A DNA stretch of 64,000 nt from Octopus sinensis (taxonomy: Eukaryota), in the NCBI RefSeq assembly GCF_006345805.1, contig NW_021837027.1, positions 2,605 through 66,604 of the forward strand. The letters run 5' to 3'. Positions 41,066 to 54,530 of the stretch are shown piece after piece. The translations under genes were made by a program, and so were the position numbers. How positions within the stretch are numbered: the first letter of the stretch is position 1; every line of letters starts with the position of its first letter. The notes under the pieces were generated by a model. That model saw only the letters and a program-made list of their open reading frames with translations. It was not told the origin of the DNA and made no database searches.

Positions 41066-42145
41066 GTAAATAATATTTCATTTAATAATACAAATGTTGC
41101 CAGTAGGGACCAGAGAGCAGGAACAAAGCTAACCCACCAAAACAAAAGCTGCGATTCTGTTTCAATTTTTGGTTGGATCCATTTCGAAGTTAAATATTAC
41201 ATTTCGTAGGAATTGATATGATAACGGTTTCGTAAGATAAAAGACAAAAAGAGTTTATTAAAATTCTAAAAAAAAAAAAAGTAAAATGTCCGACGAGAAT
41301 GTTTAAGGTTTGAGTAGAACTCTTCAATACGAGAATAAAATGTTTGACATATTTTCTAAAAATATAAAAAAAAGGAAGCTGGTTTTCCGTCGCTTACGAC
41401 GACGAGTCTTCCAGTTTTCCGTCGCTTACGACGACGAGTCTTCCAGTTGGTCCGATCGACAGAACAGCCTGCTCATGAAACTAACGTGCAAGTGGTTGAG
41501 TACTCCACAAACATGCGTACCCTTAAATATAGTTCTCGGGGAGATTCAGCATGACACAAAATCTAACAAGGTTGGCCCCTTTTGAATTACTGGTACAACT
41601 CATTTATTGCCAGCTGAGTAGACTGAAGTGTCTTGCTGAAGGACACAACGCGCCAACGAGAATCGAACTCGTAACTCTACGATCATGAGCTGAATATTCC
41701 CTAACCACTGAGCCTTTCTATTCATGTTAACGTCGATTTGAAATTATTTATTGAAGCTCTGTCACATCTACAATCCATCGGAAGATGATGAACGCCATAA
41801 CTTCTTCCACTTCCCTCATTATCAAAGAATATCGGACCTGGTGCCGAATTAGAAAGAGACCAATCTGAATCCAGTTATTGTTCCTATTACGGGTGTCGTA
41901 GTTTGCGGTGGTGGTGGTGGTGGTGGTGGTGGTAGTGTAGGAGTGGTTGTGAAGATGTCAAAGTGAGCAAGTTTATAAAATTGTAGTGGTAGGCATGGTT
42001 GTGTGGTAAGAAGTTTACTTCCCCACTACGTGGCTCCAGGTTCAGTCTCACTGCGTGGCACCTTGGGAAAGTGTCTTCTACTATAATCTACGAGCCGATC
42101 AAAGCCATGTGAGTGCATTTGGTAGACGGTAACTGAAAGAAGCCC

Positions 42146-42184
<39 letters not shown>

Positions 42185-42186
<2 letters not shown>

Positions 42187-43444
42187 TCTGCGTAAGGTAT
42201 TTGAGGACATAGCTTTTTTGGGGTCATTGCTGCATTTTTTGCTTACTCTGTATAATCTTTATTTTAGAAAATATTAATGGCAGACCCTCAGCTTACTCAA
42301 GAAATGAAGAGGCATGCTGTTATTCTGGTTATAAATGCTAAGCGATTTAGAACTATCACGATTTTTTAAAGTTGCCAGACCTTTCATCTACAAAGTTTGT
42401 AAGAAGCTAGAAACTGAAGATGAAACATTTCGCCAGTATCAAAGCATAAAAAGCATTCTAAATGCTCTGAAATCATCAGAACACCTGAATTTAACCAGCA
42501 AGTTCAACAGATCATTGAAAATCCCAAAAAATCCTTGAGGTCAATTGCAAAAGATCTCCATCTGTCAGAAGGAACAGTCAGAAATGTTGTCCACGAAGAC
42601 ATCAGGATATAAGTCTTATATGATGAGGAAAGGTCAATTGGTCAGAAACAGCAAAAGAAAATCACTACATCAGATCAAAAAGGCTCTTAAACAAACAGAA
42701 AAATCCAGCAGAAGAAGACTTGATTTGGTTTTTCTCAAACGAGAAAAACTTTGACAAAGATAAAAAAAGTTAACAGAAGAAATGACAGATGGTTATGTGC
42801 AGACCCTTCTGAAGTTCCAAGTGTTATGCATACAAAATTTCCTGCAACTGTCATGGTTTTAGGGGTTGTCAGCAATGAAGGACATGTGATGCCTTCTTAC
42901 TTCTTTCCACAAGGCCTTAGAGTTAACTCTACCGCCTACATTAAGGTCCTGGAAATAATTGTTAAGCCCTGGATAGACAGTACATGCAATGGAAGGTCAT
43001 ATGTGTTTCAGTAAGACTCTGCATTATCACACATGACTGTAGTAACTCAGGAATGAATGGCTGAAAATTTTCATGATCACATAACCCTTAACATTTGACC
43101 TCCTAATTCCCCAGATCTCAACCCATTGGACTATTACATGTGGAGCGTTGTTGAGAGAGAGGTCAATGAACACGCCCATAACTCAGGAAAGATTCTTTGA
43201 AAGCTGCCATAGTCAGAGTAAAGTCCAAAATGAACCAGGACCACTTCATTCGAGCATGTAGATGATTTTGATCTCATATAGAAGCAGTTGTTGAAGCTGA
43301 AGGTGGCTTTATTGAATAACATTATAGAAAAGAAGGTTTATTTTTATCCTCATAATATTTTTTTGATAAATAAAGTTGTTATCTGTTATTATATATCTTT
43401 TTTTTATAAACATAAATCTGTCCTCAAATATCTTACGCACCCGG
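42185..43444 (+). mobile_element. Tc1/mariner-superfamily DNA transposon, DD37D (maT-type), defective, in Brachyury intron
   Basis: TIRs ..TGCGTAAG(G/A)TATTTGAGGACA at about 42185-42209 and 43419-43444, in a TA context. The transposase reads VMVLGVVS..FQ*DSA..PPNSPDLNPLDYYMW with 37 residues between the second and third Asp, and has several stops. Confidence 0.88.
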
Positions 43445-43799
43445 TACATATATATATACATAGATGCATACATACATACATACATACATACATACATACA
43501 TACATACATACATACATACATACATTCTTTTATTCTTTTACTTGTTTCAGTCAATTGACTGCGGCCATGCTGGAATACTGCCTTTAGTTGAACAAATCGA
43601 CCCTGGGTCATATCCTTTGTAAGCCTGGTACTTATTCTATCGATCTCTTTGGCTAAACTGCTACGTTATGGGGACGTAAACACACTAACATTGGTTGTCA
43701 AGTGCTGCTGGGGGGACAAATACAGACACACACGCAAATATATGCATATATATGGACAAAATCAAAAGCAAACTCGATGAACATTAGTGGAATTTGTAG

Positions 43800-44122
43800 T
43801 TTTGTGGAACCAGTGCCGGTGACACATACGAAAACCATCCGAAGGTGGCCGTAGCCAGTACCGCATTGACTGGCCTCCGTGCCGGTGGCACGTAAAAAAC
43901 ACCATCCGAGCGTGGCCGTTCGCCAGCCTCGTCTGGCACCTGTGTCGGTGGCACATAAAATCACCCACTACACTCTCGGAGTGGTTGGCGTTAGGAGGGG
44001 CATCCAGCTGTAGAAACACTGCCAGATCTGACTGGCCTGGTGCAGCCTTCGGGCTTCCCAGACCCCAGTTGAACCGTCCAACCCATGCTAGCATGGAAAG
44101 CAGACGTTAAACGATGATGATG
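43800..44122 (+). mobile_element. RTE-tailed SINE-like element with tandem ccagtgccggtggcac units
   Basis: Three related approximately 55-60 bp units, then ggcgttaggagggg..ccaacccatgctagcatggaaagc and a (GAT)n tail. Confidence 0.6.
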
Positions 44123-44979
44123 TATACGACGGGCTTCTTTCAGTTTCCATCTACCAAATCTACTTACAAGCCTTTAGTCGGCCAGAGGCTATAGTAGAAG
44201 GCACTTCCCCAAGGTGCCACGCAGAAGGACTGAACCCGGAACCATGTGGCTGGGAAGCAAGCTTCTTACCGCACAGCCAAATATTAATGTGTGTGTTTGT
44301 CCTCTACCACCGCTTGACAACCGGGGTTGGTGTGTTTATATCCCTGTAACTTAACGATTCCGTAAAAGATAGAATGAGAACCAGACTTAAAAAAGGAAGT
44401 CCTGGCGTTGTTTCATTCGACTAAAAATTCTTCGATGCGGTGCCCCAGCATGGCCACAGTCTAATGACTGGAACAAGTAAAAAAGATTAAAAAATAAACT
44501 GACATCGGACTCATTCTACACCAAACTAGCAGCACCCGACCCCCGACCCCTGATTAAGGACACCAAGATATTTTGTCATCCACAAAACATTAACAATCAC
44601 CGTCATGGAAGTCTCGACTCAGTCACTGAATCTGCTAGAAATAATAGCCAAATCTGTCTTGAATTCCGTCTTAAAGGAGGTACATGCTAGATGATGTAGT
44701 CCTAGATAACCCTGGGTGGCCGTGACTGGAATGTCCTTGGATTGATCTGGGGTTAAACTACAATAACCGTTATAATAATATCTGGTTTAGGGACTAGGGT
44801 AAGAAAGTGAGAAGTGGTGCGGGCAGGGGTTACTGGTTCTTGATTGGCTCTTTATCGAACCCGGATGGGATAACGGTTGAAGTTGACCCCGACGGGATTT
44901 GAACTCAGAATTGAAAAGAAATGTGATCGAATAACACACGGTATTTTGTCCACGTTTCTTTACTCATATCTGAAGACAA

Positions 44980-45213
44980 TGATGATGATGATGATGACGA
45001 CAGCGACGACAGTGGCGATGAGGGTGAGGTGGAGAAAGATGATGAAGACGAGGATGATGAGGAGGGGGAGGAAGAAGACGAAGAAGAGGAGGAAGAGGAG
45101 GAGGAGGAAGAAGAAGAAGAAGAAGAAGATGATGATGATGATGATGATGAGGAGGAGGAGGAAGAAGAAGAAGAAGAAGATGATGATGATGATGAGGAGG
45201 AGGAGGAGGATGT

Positions 45214-45244
<31 letters not shown>

Positions 45245-45720
45245 AATGATAATGATGAGGAGGAGGAGGAGAAGGAGAGGGTAATGTTGATGATAATGTT
45301 GACAATTAACAAAGAGACAACGATGATGAATTTCCAGGTGTTTCGTACCCGGGTAGAAAGAATTGTAAAACAACAAATACCAAAAAAAACAAAAACAAAC
45401 TAAAAAATAAAAAGAAAGTAAAAAAAAGATGGTGTAACTCGGTGTAACTGCTGTGCGTGTCTTGAGCATGCTTTCCACCATGTTGAAGAAGAAGAAGAAG
45501 AAGAGAAGAAGAAGAAGAAGAAGAAGAAGAAGAAGAAGAGAAGAAGAAGAAGAAGAAGAAGAAGAAGAAGAAGAAGGAATAGTAGAAGAAGAAGAAGAAG
45601 AAGAAGAAAGTAGAGAAGAAGAAGAAGAAGAAGAAGAAGAAGAAGAAGAAGAAGAAGAAGAAGAAGAAGAAGAAGAAGAAGAAGAAGAAGAAGAAAAAAG
45701 AAGAAGAAGAAGAAGAAGAA
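44980..45720. repeat. (GAT/GAG/GAA)n trinucleotide tracts
   Basis: Read directly; source of the poly-E/D/S/H pseudo-ORFs. Confidence 0.95.
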
Positions 45721-46588
45721 TGCTAGCTTAAAGGATCATCTACAAATCCCTTGCTTCCTAAAATATGTGTTCGTGTGCCTGACTGGTAAATTAGGGGCCG
45801 AGAAATGTGATGTCTACAAACTGTAGGGAGTTATTTGAGGAGGGAGCGGGGAGAGGGAAGTGGTGATGGTGGAAATTGTAAACATTTTGGCAGAGACTCG
45901 TGTTTGGTCAACTTTATTTACTTAATGGATTGGAATGCCTCGCAGATGCTCGTTTTTTTAACATCATCATCATCATTATCATCATCATCCTCATCTTCCG
46001 CTTCCTCCTCCTCCTCCTCTTCCTCATCATCATCATCATCATCATCATCATTATTATAAATACGTGGCCGGAGCGGAACTGAGGTGGGGAGGTCTATTTA
46101 TAGATTTAGGTGGTAATGGTCAGTCAAAGAGAGGTGGTGTGTAAGTAGGAAGGTGGTGGTGGTGGTGGTGGTGGTAGAGGATTACACGAAGATAACAAAA
46201 GGAAGAAAGAGTGAATGGAGAGAGAGAGAGAGAGAGAATGGAATGTGCTAGAGAGGGGGGTGGGGTGGATAAGGTAAGTGGATTAAAAAAGGTAGAAGTA
46301 AACAGAGTGATATATATATATATATATATGTATGTATATATATATGTTTGTGTGTGTGTGTGTGTAAAGGAAAAGTAAGAAGAAAAAAGCGAAAATGCAC
46401 ATTAAATATAAAAAAATAAGCGCTTTTTTTTATGAAAAGTAGTGATAGATAAATAGAATTAGATGAACTGAGGTAGAATTAAGAGGAATTAAATTCATTA
46501 TTGTGAATTGTTAAAAAGATTCAAAGTCAAACTGGTGCTGTTCACTGGCTTTCAATGCGCACCGAGTATCAAACGGTGTCGTGTCTTT

Positions 46589-46631
<43 letters not shown>

Positions 46632-47049
46632 ACAAAAATACGTGGAGAAAATCACATCTTTAATTGTAGAAAATACATGTTATCACATATTAACTAATTT
46701 GGGATCGCCTTGAAAACGTTGTATTTCCAGATATATCAGTTTGGATGACATTTCATGTATCTAAATATGGCGATACAACAGAAACGGTCGACGACTTTCT
46801 TTGGTGAATTCAACAATTAAAGATGTGATTTTCTCTATCCCTAGTTTTGTGGTCTAATACTCTGCATTTCTTGAAATTCTTCTAAATGCTATTTAGATCT
46901 ATTCGTCATCCGTAAGGAATTCCTTTGGATGTGTATTCTACTTGCATTGATTGGTGTTTGATTGCTGGATATTGTTAACCAAATTCGGTTAAAGACAAGT
47001 GTTTTAATGACATCTGCCTGGGTTTTTTTAATCCCTTGTTTTCTTTTTC

Positions 47050-47694
47050 TCTTACAATACATACATACATACATACATACATACATACATGGATACATAC
47101 ATACATACATACATGGATACATACATACATACATACATACATACATACATACATACATACATACATACATACACACACACATACATACATACATGGATAC
47201 ATACATGGATACATACATACATACATACATACATACATACATACATACACACCACACACATACATACATACATGGATACATACGTGGATACATACATACA
47301 TACATACATACATACATACATACATACATACACACATACATACATATACACACATACATACATACATACACACACATACATACATACACACACATACATA
47401 CATACACACACATACATACATACACACACATACATACACACACACATACATACATACATACACACATACATACATACATACATACATACACACATACATA
47501 CATACATACATACACACACATACATACATACATATACACACATACATACATACATACATACATACATTCATACATACATACATACATACATACATACATA
47601 CATACATACATACATACACACATACATACACACACATACATACATATACACACATACATACATACATACATAAATACATACATACATACATACA

Positions 47695-47725
<31 letters not shown>
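47050..47725. repeat. Long (TACA)n compound microsatellite
   Basis: Read directly. Similar tracts lie at 1350-1615, 2045-2210, 48830-48905 and 52355-52590; these generate the YVCM/HTYI pseudo-ORFs. Confidence 0.98.
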
Positions 47726-47729
<4 letters not shown>

Positions 47730-47759
47730 TTGGGTATACAGGGGGGGCTAGAAAGAAGT

Positions 47760-48385
47760 TAGATAACATTATACGTAATGAAACCAGTGGTACCTGTCCT
47801 GGATATAGAATGCAAAGACTGGAATAGGTTACAAAGAACTTGTGACAAAGCAAACAGGGCGAACACGTGGTACAAAACCGATAAATATCAAGGAGTGATG
47901 TTTGGAGAGGCCACAGCCCATAGAGAACCAGCCCGTAGATTTAGGAAAGCTCTGAAGGGGGCCAAACTCAACAGTAAGATTGTTGAAAAGCCAGGGAGCT
48001 CTATCTGATCACAACTTTGAGAATGCCACATTCACCAATGATGACTTCATAGTATGTAGGATTGGCCCTGGCATTAACTGTAGAACTAGAAATGTAGTCT
48101 ACAGCATAAGGTGCATAGAGGGCGCTGGTAAAGACAAAAACATGATATACATTGGTGAGACATCTAGGAACATTGCGGAAAGACTAAATGGACATCTGAG
48201 ACAATATGACGATGAAAAACAGTCCTCCATTCTCTACCAGCACGCCAAGGACCAACATGGAGGCAACCTGGGTCAACTTGACATCCGCATTTTATCGAAG
48301 CACCCGAAGGACCCAACACTCAGACAAATACAGGGGTACATTCTCATAAATAAAACATCCCCAGTACTAAATAGGCAAATTTAAG
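47760..48385 (+). mobile_element. Penelope-like element, linker + GIY-YIG endonuclease (lineage 2), frameshifted
   Basis: ..LNSKIVEKPGSSI then NCRTRNVVYSIRC..IYIGETSRNIAERLNGH..ILYQH..PVLN. Confidence 0.85.
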
Positions 48386-49233
48386 TAGTAGGTAGTCATA
48401 CCCCTATACCCGCAGTTTATACATATATACGGGTAGAATAGTTAGTGGGCTGTTATTTATGTGTGTGTATATGTATATATGTGTGTGTGTGTGTGTGTGT
48501 ATGTATATGTATGTAGGTAAATGGATATGAATATAAACAGATAGACATACAGATAGATACATACATAAATAATATGAACAGACGAGCACACACACACACA
48601 TATACATACGCAAATGAAGACTGAAACATGTGACATATACACACACACACACACACTTCACACAAAGACACACATGGAGATACACATCCATACATAACAG
48701 ACGCGGTACACAGACACACTCAGACATGCGCACACAAGGAGACAGAGGTACACACACATGCAAACACACATACATGCATATATGCATACACACACATACA
48801 TGCATGCATACGTACATTCATACATACATACATACATACATACATACATACATACATACATACATACATACATACATACATACATTCATACATACATACA
48901 TACAAACATATGTGCATGCGTACCCACACACATGCGCACAAACAAACAAGAAGAACGCAGCTCAGATAACGAACAGAGTCAGATCGCGCGACTGAAGGAC
49001 AACAGCTGGACAATCAAGGTGTTGGAATGGACAGCAAAACAATGGACAAGGTCAAGAGGCCGACCAACGAAAACTTTAGGAAAATAATTAAGTAAATGAG
49101 TGGAAACTTAACCGGTGAATGTGTTAAATAATAAGACACTAAAAGAGAATGACTCTCCCCATACACAACAAAATATTCTTTAACACACGAACTCACATAA
49201 AGAATCTTGCAAACCTAAACCAAAAATGAAATA

Positions 49234-49282
<49 letters not shown>

Positions 49283-49787
49283 TATATTATATTAAGCTGT
49301 CGTCTGTCCAAATTTGGCCAAATGCATTTTCTTTTTTTTCAATATATACTTTTGCTTCCAATAGCCAGTTCTTTTGGTCAAACTATCGTATCTCCAGCTG
49401 CTTCAGTTGCCAAGATATCAAAAAGTGAAGTACAACGTTTTTGCTACGGAATGGTGAAACTATTGTTTCGTTTTCTGACAAAGCAACGCTTTGGACATAC
49501 GACACTTTTGCATAATAACAACGATATATATAATTCAGTATAATAATATCCCGGGCTTCATTGCTCCTGAAGTGCGGAACCCCTCCCTCGAGGTCCCAGA
49601 TTGCGGGTGAGATCATCTCGCCATCTTGTCTTTGGTCGGCCTCTTGACCTTGTCCATTGTTTTGGTGTCCATTCCATCGCCCTGGTTGTCCTTCAGTCAC
49701 GCGATCTGGCTAATCCATTTATGGTTGTTCCCGGTTCTTATAATGTCATTGACTCTCGTGCGCACGCGAGTCAGCGCACATAAGTGA

Positions 49788-49882
<95 letters not shown>

Positions 49883-50099
49883 TACAAACGTATATACGCA
49901 CACATACCCACACATATTATATACACTTTAAATTTCGAATTATGCCATATACAATACGATAATTAACATATTATTAAAATAACATAAACATTATTAACAG
50001 ACTTCAAACTTCGGTTGGTTCAAATAATTTGAATCCCGGAGTCTGAGGGACTGAAATTTTGCTCTGATTGCTGAGTTCATTCTCCTCTCTTCTTACCAG

Positions 50100-50240
50100 A
50101 TCATGTTAAATTCCCTTCACAAGTACGAACCCAGATTACACATTGTCAAAGTCAGTTGTCGTTCGGATCGAAAGAGCGTGATGACTTACAGTTTCGTTGA
50201 GACCCAGTTTATTGCTGTCACTGCTTACCAAAATGAAGAA
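50100..50240 (+). CDS. bra: Brachyury T-box coding exon (equivalent to exon 3), 141 bp
   Basis: Polypyrimidine acceptor tcttaccAG ends 50099 and donor GTaagt starts 50241. Encodes [47 protein letters not shown], in frame with the previous exon. Confidence 0.97.
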
Positions 50241-50925
50241 GTAAGTGAAGGATTTCTTATGAAAATTTTCGGGTTTTTTTGTTGTTTTTTTTTTGCATGA
50301 TTTTCATTTTCTTCATTTTTAAGTGAAGAAATTTTTCGTTCAATCCTTTTTATTCTAACCTACCTGAGACTGAATCTCTGGATCTTACGATACAAATACT
50401 TCCAGTTTTAAAAGGATCCAAATTTAAATCTTCCATCAAAATTTCATTTTCATTTATGTTTTAAGCTTAAGATTAATAAAGACCAAATTATTTTAGAAAA
50501 TTCTTCATGATTTTCAAAATTGCAAGAGAATTATGGTAAACAAAAGCGTTGAAACGAAATTCCAGTCTTATTTTCTGTGATTATTTTAGTACAAGTAGAC
50601 GAATTGTATTTATTATCAATAAAAAATATTTTTGAAAAATTTTGTTCCAGGATAAATGAAAATATAATATTCAAGAAAAAATTTTCGATTAAGTTTTGAT
50701 CTTAATTTCTTTATAAATGTTGGCTGGTTGCTTGGTTTCTCTTGTCTTGGATTGTGAGAGAAGGAGAGAGGGAAAGTAGTTAACAGCAAAGATGCAGGAT
50801 GATTGCACATACGAGGCTTGGTAGAAGGCAATGATTACTTTCTTTTTAATGAAATTTTACAGAAACGGGTTTTCGTTTGAGTAGATTGCGAATGTGTTGA
50901 TTGAATTTGAAAATCTCTCACACAC

Positions 50926-50983
<58 letters not shown>

Positions 50984-51359
50984 ACCTATATATATATATT
51001 GCAAATATACAAATGAGAAATTCGTTTAATTTAATTTTAAAGTAATAAGTATCCTCGTTTTGATGATTAGTCTTCATTTCATCATTGTTTTTTTTTCAAA
51101 CTAAGCAATTTACGCCATTTGTTCCATATATTTTGTTCTTGTATGGAAAGTCAGTCTTCCATTCAGTTTAGAGTTGCCCCACGTAGTATCTGGTTCTGAA
51201 GAGACATAAAATTCTCGAAATGTTTCTACAAGTCTACAGGAGTGTGTTTACATATTTTGCATAGCACATAATTCCGGGTTCGATCCCACCGCATGGCACC
51301 TTGAGCAAGTGTCTTCTCCTTTAAGCATTTATTAACAAAACCTAGTGCCCCAATTATTA

Positions 51360-51960
51360 CTGGTATTAATATGAATTCATATTCTAGATAGAGAAGCTGG
51401 AGGTTTCAAAGCAGTTGTCCATAGATATCCTCTTTTTCTTTGATTTTCAAAGAGTTATTTATATCTGCAGGGCAGCTAACCTCTATGATGGTACATACAT
51501 TTGTCCCTCTGTCCCAAACAACAATATTCGGGTAACATACCCATGCATAGTCTTTTTTTTTTTTGTATGCTGAGTACTTTCCATCCAGGTCTTCCAAGAT
51601 GCAAGAGGACCCAGCTGTTTTGGGGCTGTATAGAACATTAAGAAGAGAGTGCTTCTTGTGGAGTTCACTGCCAACTCGTACAATGTTGCTCACTTCACTT
51701 TTCAGGACTTCATTTATATATTTATTTTTGCTGCTGTTGTTTATCGGGTGCTGCCTGAGTGATACCATACGGCACCCGAAGGCACTGATCCCAGGCTGCT
51801 ACCACCTTCATTTCTTCTTAGCTAGAGCCTGTCAACATCACTGTTTCTGTGGAAATTTCCAGTTGTTGTCAGGATTTTGCAGGTTTTGGTACCTTTGGAG
51901 TGGATTTTCTCTACAGACTAATCAAGTATCCCAAATGCTGGGTTCAGCACGGGCACTGCA
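51360..51960 (-). mobile_element. Dong-like fragment (second subfamily)
   Basis: PNIVVWDRGTNVCTIIEVSCPADINNSLKIKEKEDIYGQLL, matching 62197-62487. Confidence 0.75.
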
Positions 51961-51994
51961 AATGCATTGTGGGATTTTGGCTTGTTGTAAGAAG

Positions 51995-52195
51995 AGAGAT
52001 AGATCGCTAGCCACTTCACATTATTTTCTCTCCTTGTTTCTTTCTGAGTTCCTTTCTGAGGAAGAGCGTAGGCTCGAAACGTTAAAGACTTTTTAAAAAT
52101 TTCCCGGGCGTTATACTAATACATATATTTGTTGTCTACACCACCTGTCTTCGTCTTTTATTGTTTATTTTTTTTTGTAAATTCTTGCCATAATT
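51995..52195 (+). repeat. PLE-type terminal repeat with hammerhead motif (copy 2 of 3)
   Basis: Same family as 16700-16890 and 57545-57850; contains CTTT-CTGAGGA-A-GAGC-GTAG-GCTC-GAAA-CGTT-AAAG. Confidence 0.75.
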
Positions 52196-52352
52196 TCCTA
52201 AGTCTGGTGTAATATTCTCGGGTCACTCTATCTTTATTCACAATACCTTCATATGATACATTTTCGTCTATGCCTAAGTTCTTGTAACATTCTTTGCGTG
52301 GAATAGCGGAGATAGAGAGACCGTTGATGCACAGGTTTTGGGTATGTATGCA

Positions 52353-52383
<31 letters not shown>

Positions 52384-52734
52384 TGTATGTATGTATGTAT
52401 GTATGTATGTGTGTATGTATGTATATATGTATATAGGTATGTATGTGTGTATGTATGTGTGTATGTATGTAGGTATGTATGTATGTATGTGTGTATGTAT
52501 GTATGTATGTATGTATGTATGTATGTATGTGTGTATGTATGTATGTATGTATGTATGTAGGTATGTATGTATGTATGTATGTATGTGTGTATATATATGG
52601 TGTGGATGAGAGGTTTGGAATGGGAGTGGGTACGGAGCGTTGTGTCTGTTATCTCAGAAAGATAGAGGTTGCTGTTATAGAGTAAAAGAGAGGCACGAGT
52701 TGCATGCGGTCAAGTGAAGACTTGCCTCTCAGTC

Positions 52735-52781
<47 letters not shown>

Positions 52782-52792
52782 TTGATGACGAC

Positions 52793-52866
<74 letters not shown>

Positions 52867-52899
52867 AGCAGTTGCACCAAAAATAAAATAATTTTTTCC

Positions 52900-53990
52900 T
52901 TAATTGTCAAAGAATTGCTCAGACATAATAAGGAGTCGGGTAGCTAAAAGAGGGAGAATTGTTGTTAGCTTAATTAGCAACAACGAAAAAGCCCTTTTGA
53001 CGTGATGAGTGTGTAGGAGGCGCGAACGGGTTTCATTATCGGACGACAGGGACTTCCCTGGTTCAAGTGAGTGATGCGGATTCTGTGATTTGTTATTAAG
53101 CAACCTACACAAAAGATTTGTGTGATGAAGCGCGTCTAACAAACGGCAACCATATCAGTCGCGACATGCCCAGTCTCCATAGCGCGGATGCAGACAGCAA
53201 ATGGAGAGTCTGACCAGCAGAATGCGTCTTTTACCCAAAAACTGGAAAAGTAAGCACATGAAGCGGGACAAGGTGATACTGGATGCGATGCAGGCTTACA
53301 CAACTTCCGCCTAACCCTTCAGGCATAATTTCCTCTCAGCCCAATTCCGGGTAACACTAGCCACCCTGTTCGTCACCTCTTCCCAGTTCTGTCCACCAAG
53401 AGGTCTGGACTAAACCCAAACTTGAGCAATTTAACGACGTCGTTGGAGAGCATAGACCTGCCTCTCCAGGTGCTAAGCTGCAAGCTCACAGACTTCTGGT
53501 TAATTTTTGCATCTGTCACCACCCCGTATTCCCTTACGCCGATCATCTTCACTGTGTCTCGTGTCTGACATTATTACGGTGACGTCGTCTGCATCTGCAA
53601 ACATAGATCTCGCAGGATGCTCCTCGAAGCCTCCAACTTCTGAAGCTGTAGTTCTAGAATCAGTTTGTTCAGAAGTGGAGAGAGGGGAACCCATGACGCA
53701 CGGAGCGCGCATCATACTGAACGATTCCAACCGGTGGCCATTTATTGTGACCACAAAGCAAATGTCACTGTTCTTTTAGGAAAGCCGCCAAATATTGCAG
53801 GTCGATCCTGTCGAACGCTTTCGATTGAGCTAAGCTGATCAATGCCCCAACCATGTCAGGTTCTTTGCCCGCCCTTTCTATGATGTATGGCGTGATATGG
53901 GGGTTGTTGTGGGTGGATCTGACTGGTACGGCGCATGCCTGTGCTTCAGCCACTAGAATATCGGCAAAAAGCGTTTAAATTTTAGCTAAC
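52900..53990 (-). mobile_element. Tx1/L1-clade LINE RT fragments
   Basis: PVRSTHNNPH..YIIER..ALISLAQSKAFDRID..; TINGHRLESF..GSPLS..ADDVTVI. Confidence 0.65.
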
Positions 53991-54424
53991 ACCTTGGCCA
54001 AAAACCTTCAACGATATTGATAATAATAATAACAACAACAATAACAATAACAACAACAACAATAATAATAACAACAACAACAACAACAATAATAATAATA
54101 ATAATAACAATAAAAAATAATAATAACAATAAAAATAATAATAATAATAACAACAACAACAACAACAATAATAATAAGAAGAAGAAGAAGCCTTTCTACT
54201 GGAGGCAGAAGGCCGCAAATTTGTGGGAAGGGGACGAGTCGATTACATCTTTCACTGGTACATAATTTATCGACCCGAAAGGCAAAGTCGAGCTCGGCAC
54301 AATTTGAACTTAGAACGTGGTGACAGAAGAAATATCGCTAAGCATTTTGCGCGGCGTGCAAACGATTCTGCCAGGCCGCCGCCTTAAGATAATAATAAAT
54401 TATAATAATAAAATGAAGAACAAG

Positions 54425-54530
54425 CGTTAAGGACCAATTATATGAAGTGCAGAATTGACAACACTACCGACAGCGATAAATGCAGAATGTGTGGGGAGAG
54501 CGGTGAAAGATCTCGCCGGGACATTAGTGC
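54425..54530 (+). mobile_element. Dong-like zinc-knuckle fragment
   Basis: TNYMKCRIDNTTDSDKCRMCGESGE, next to (AAT)n. Confidence 0.55.

Noticed and set aside
40532-41209. 225-aa ORF as a single-exon T-box protein
   Set aside because: The N- and C-terminal parts are intronic read-through; canonical splice sites delimit 40801-41065.
41385-41450. 31-bp direct repeat as a CRISPR-like array
   Set aside because: Only two adjacent copies with no spacer, at a SINE 3' tail in eukaryotic DNA.
44877-45731. Acidic, poly-Ser and poly-His ORFs
   Set aside because: Trinucleotide microsatellites, open in several frames on both strands.
46889-47853. Long ORFs of 170-290 aa (YVCM/HTYI repeats), and similar ones across the window
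   Set aside because: They are translations of (TACA)n/(TG)n/(TA)n microsatellites that lack stops; no coding signal.
51190-51240. CTGAAGA..GAAA hammerhead candidate
   Set aside because: Stem II is only 2 bp, and stems I and III do not pair.
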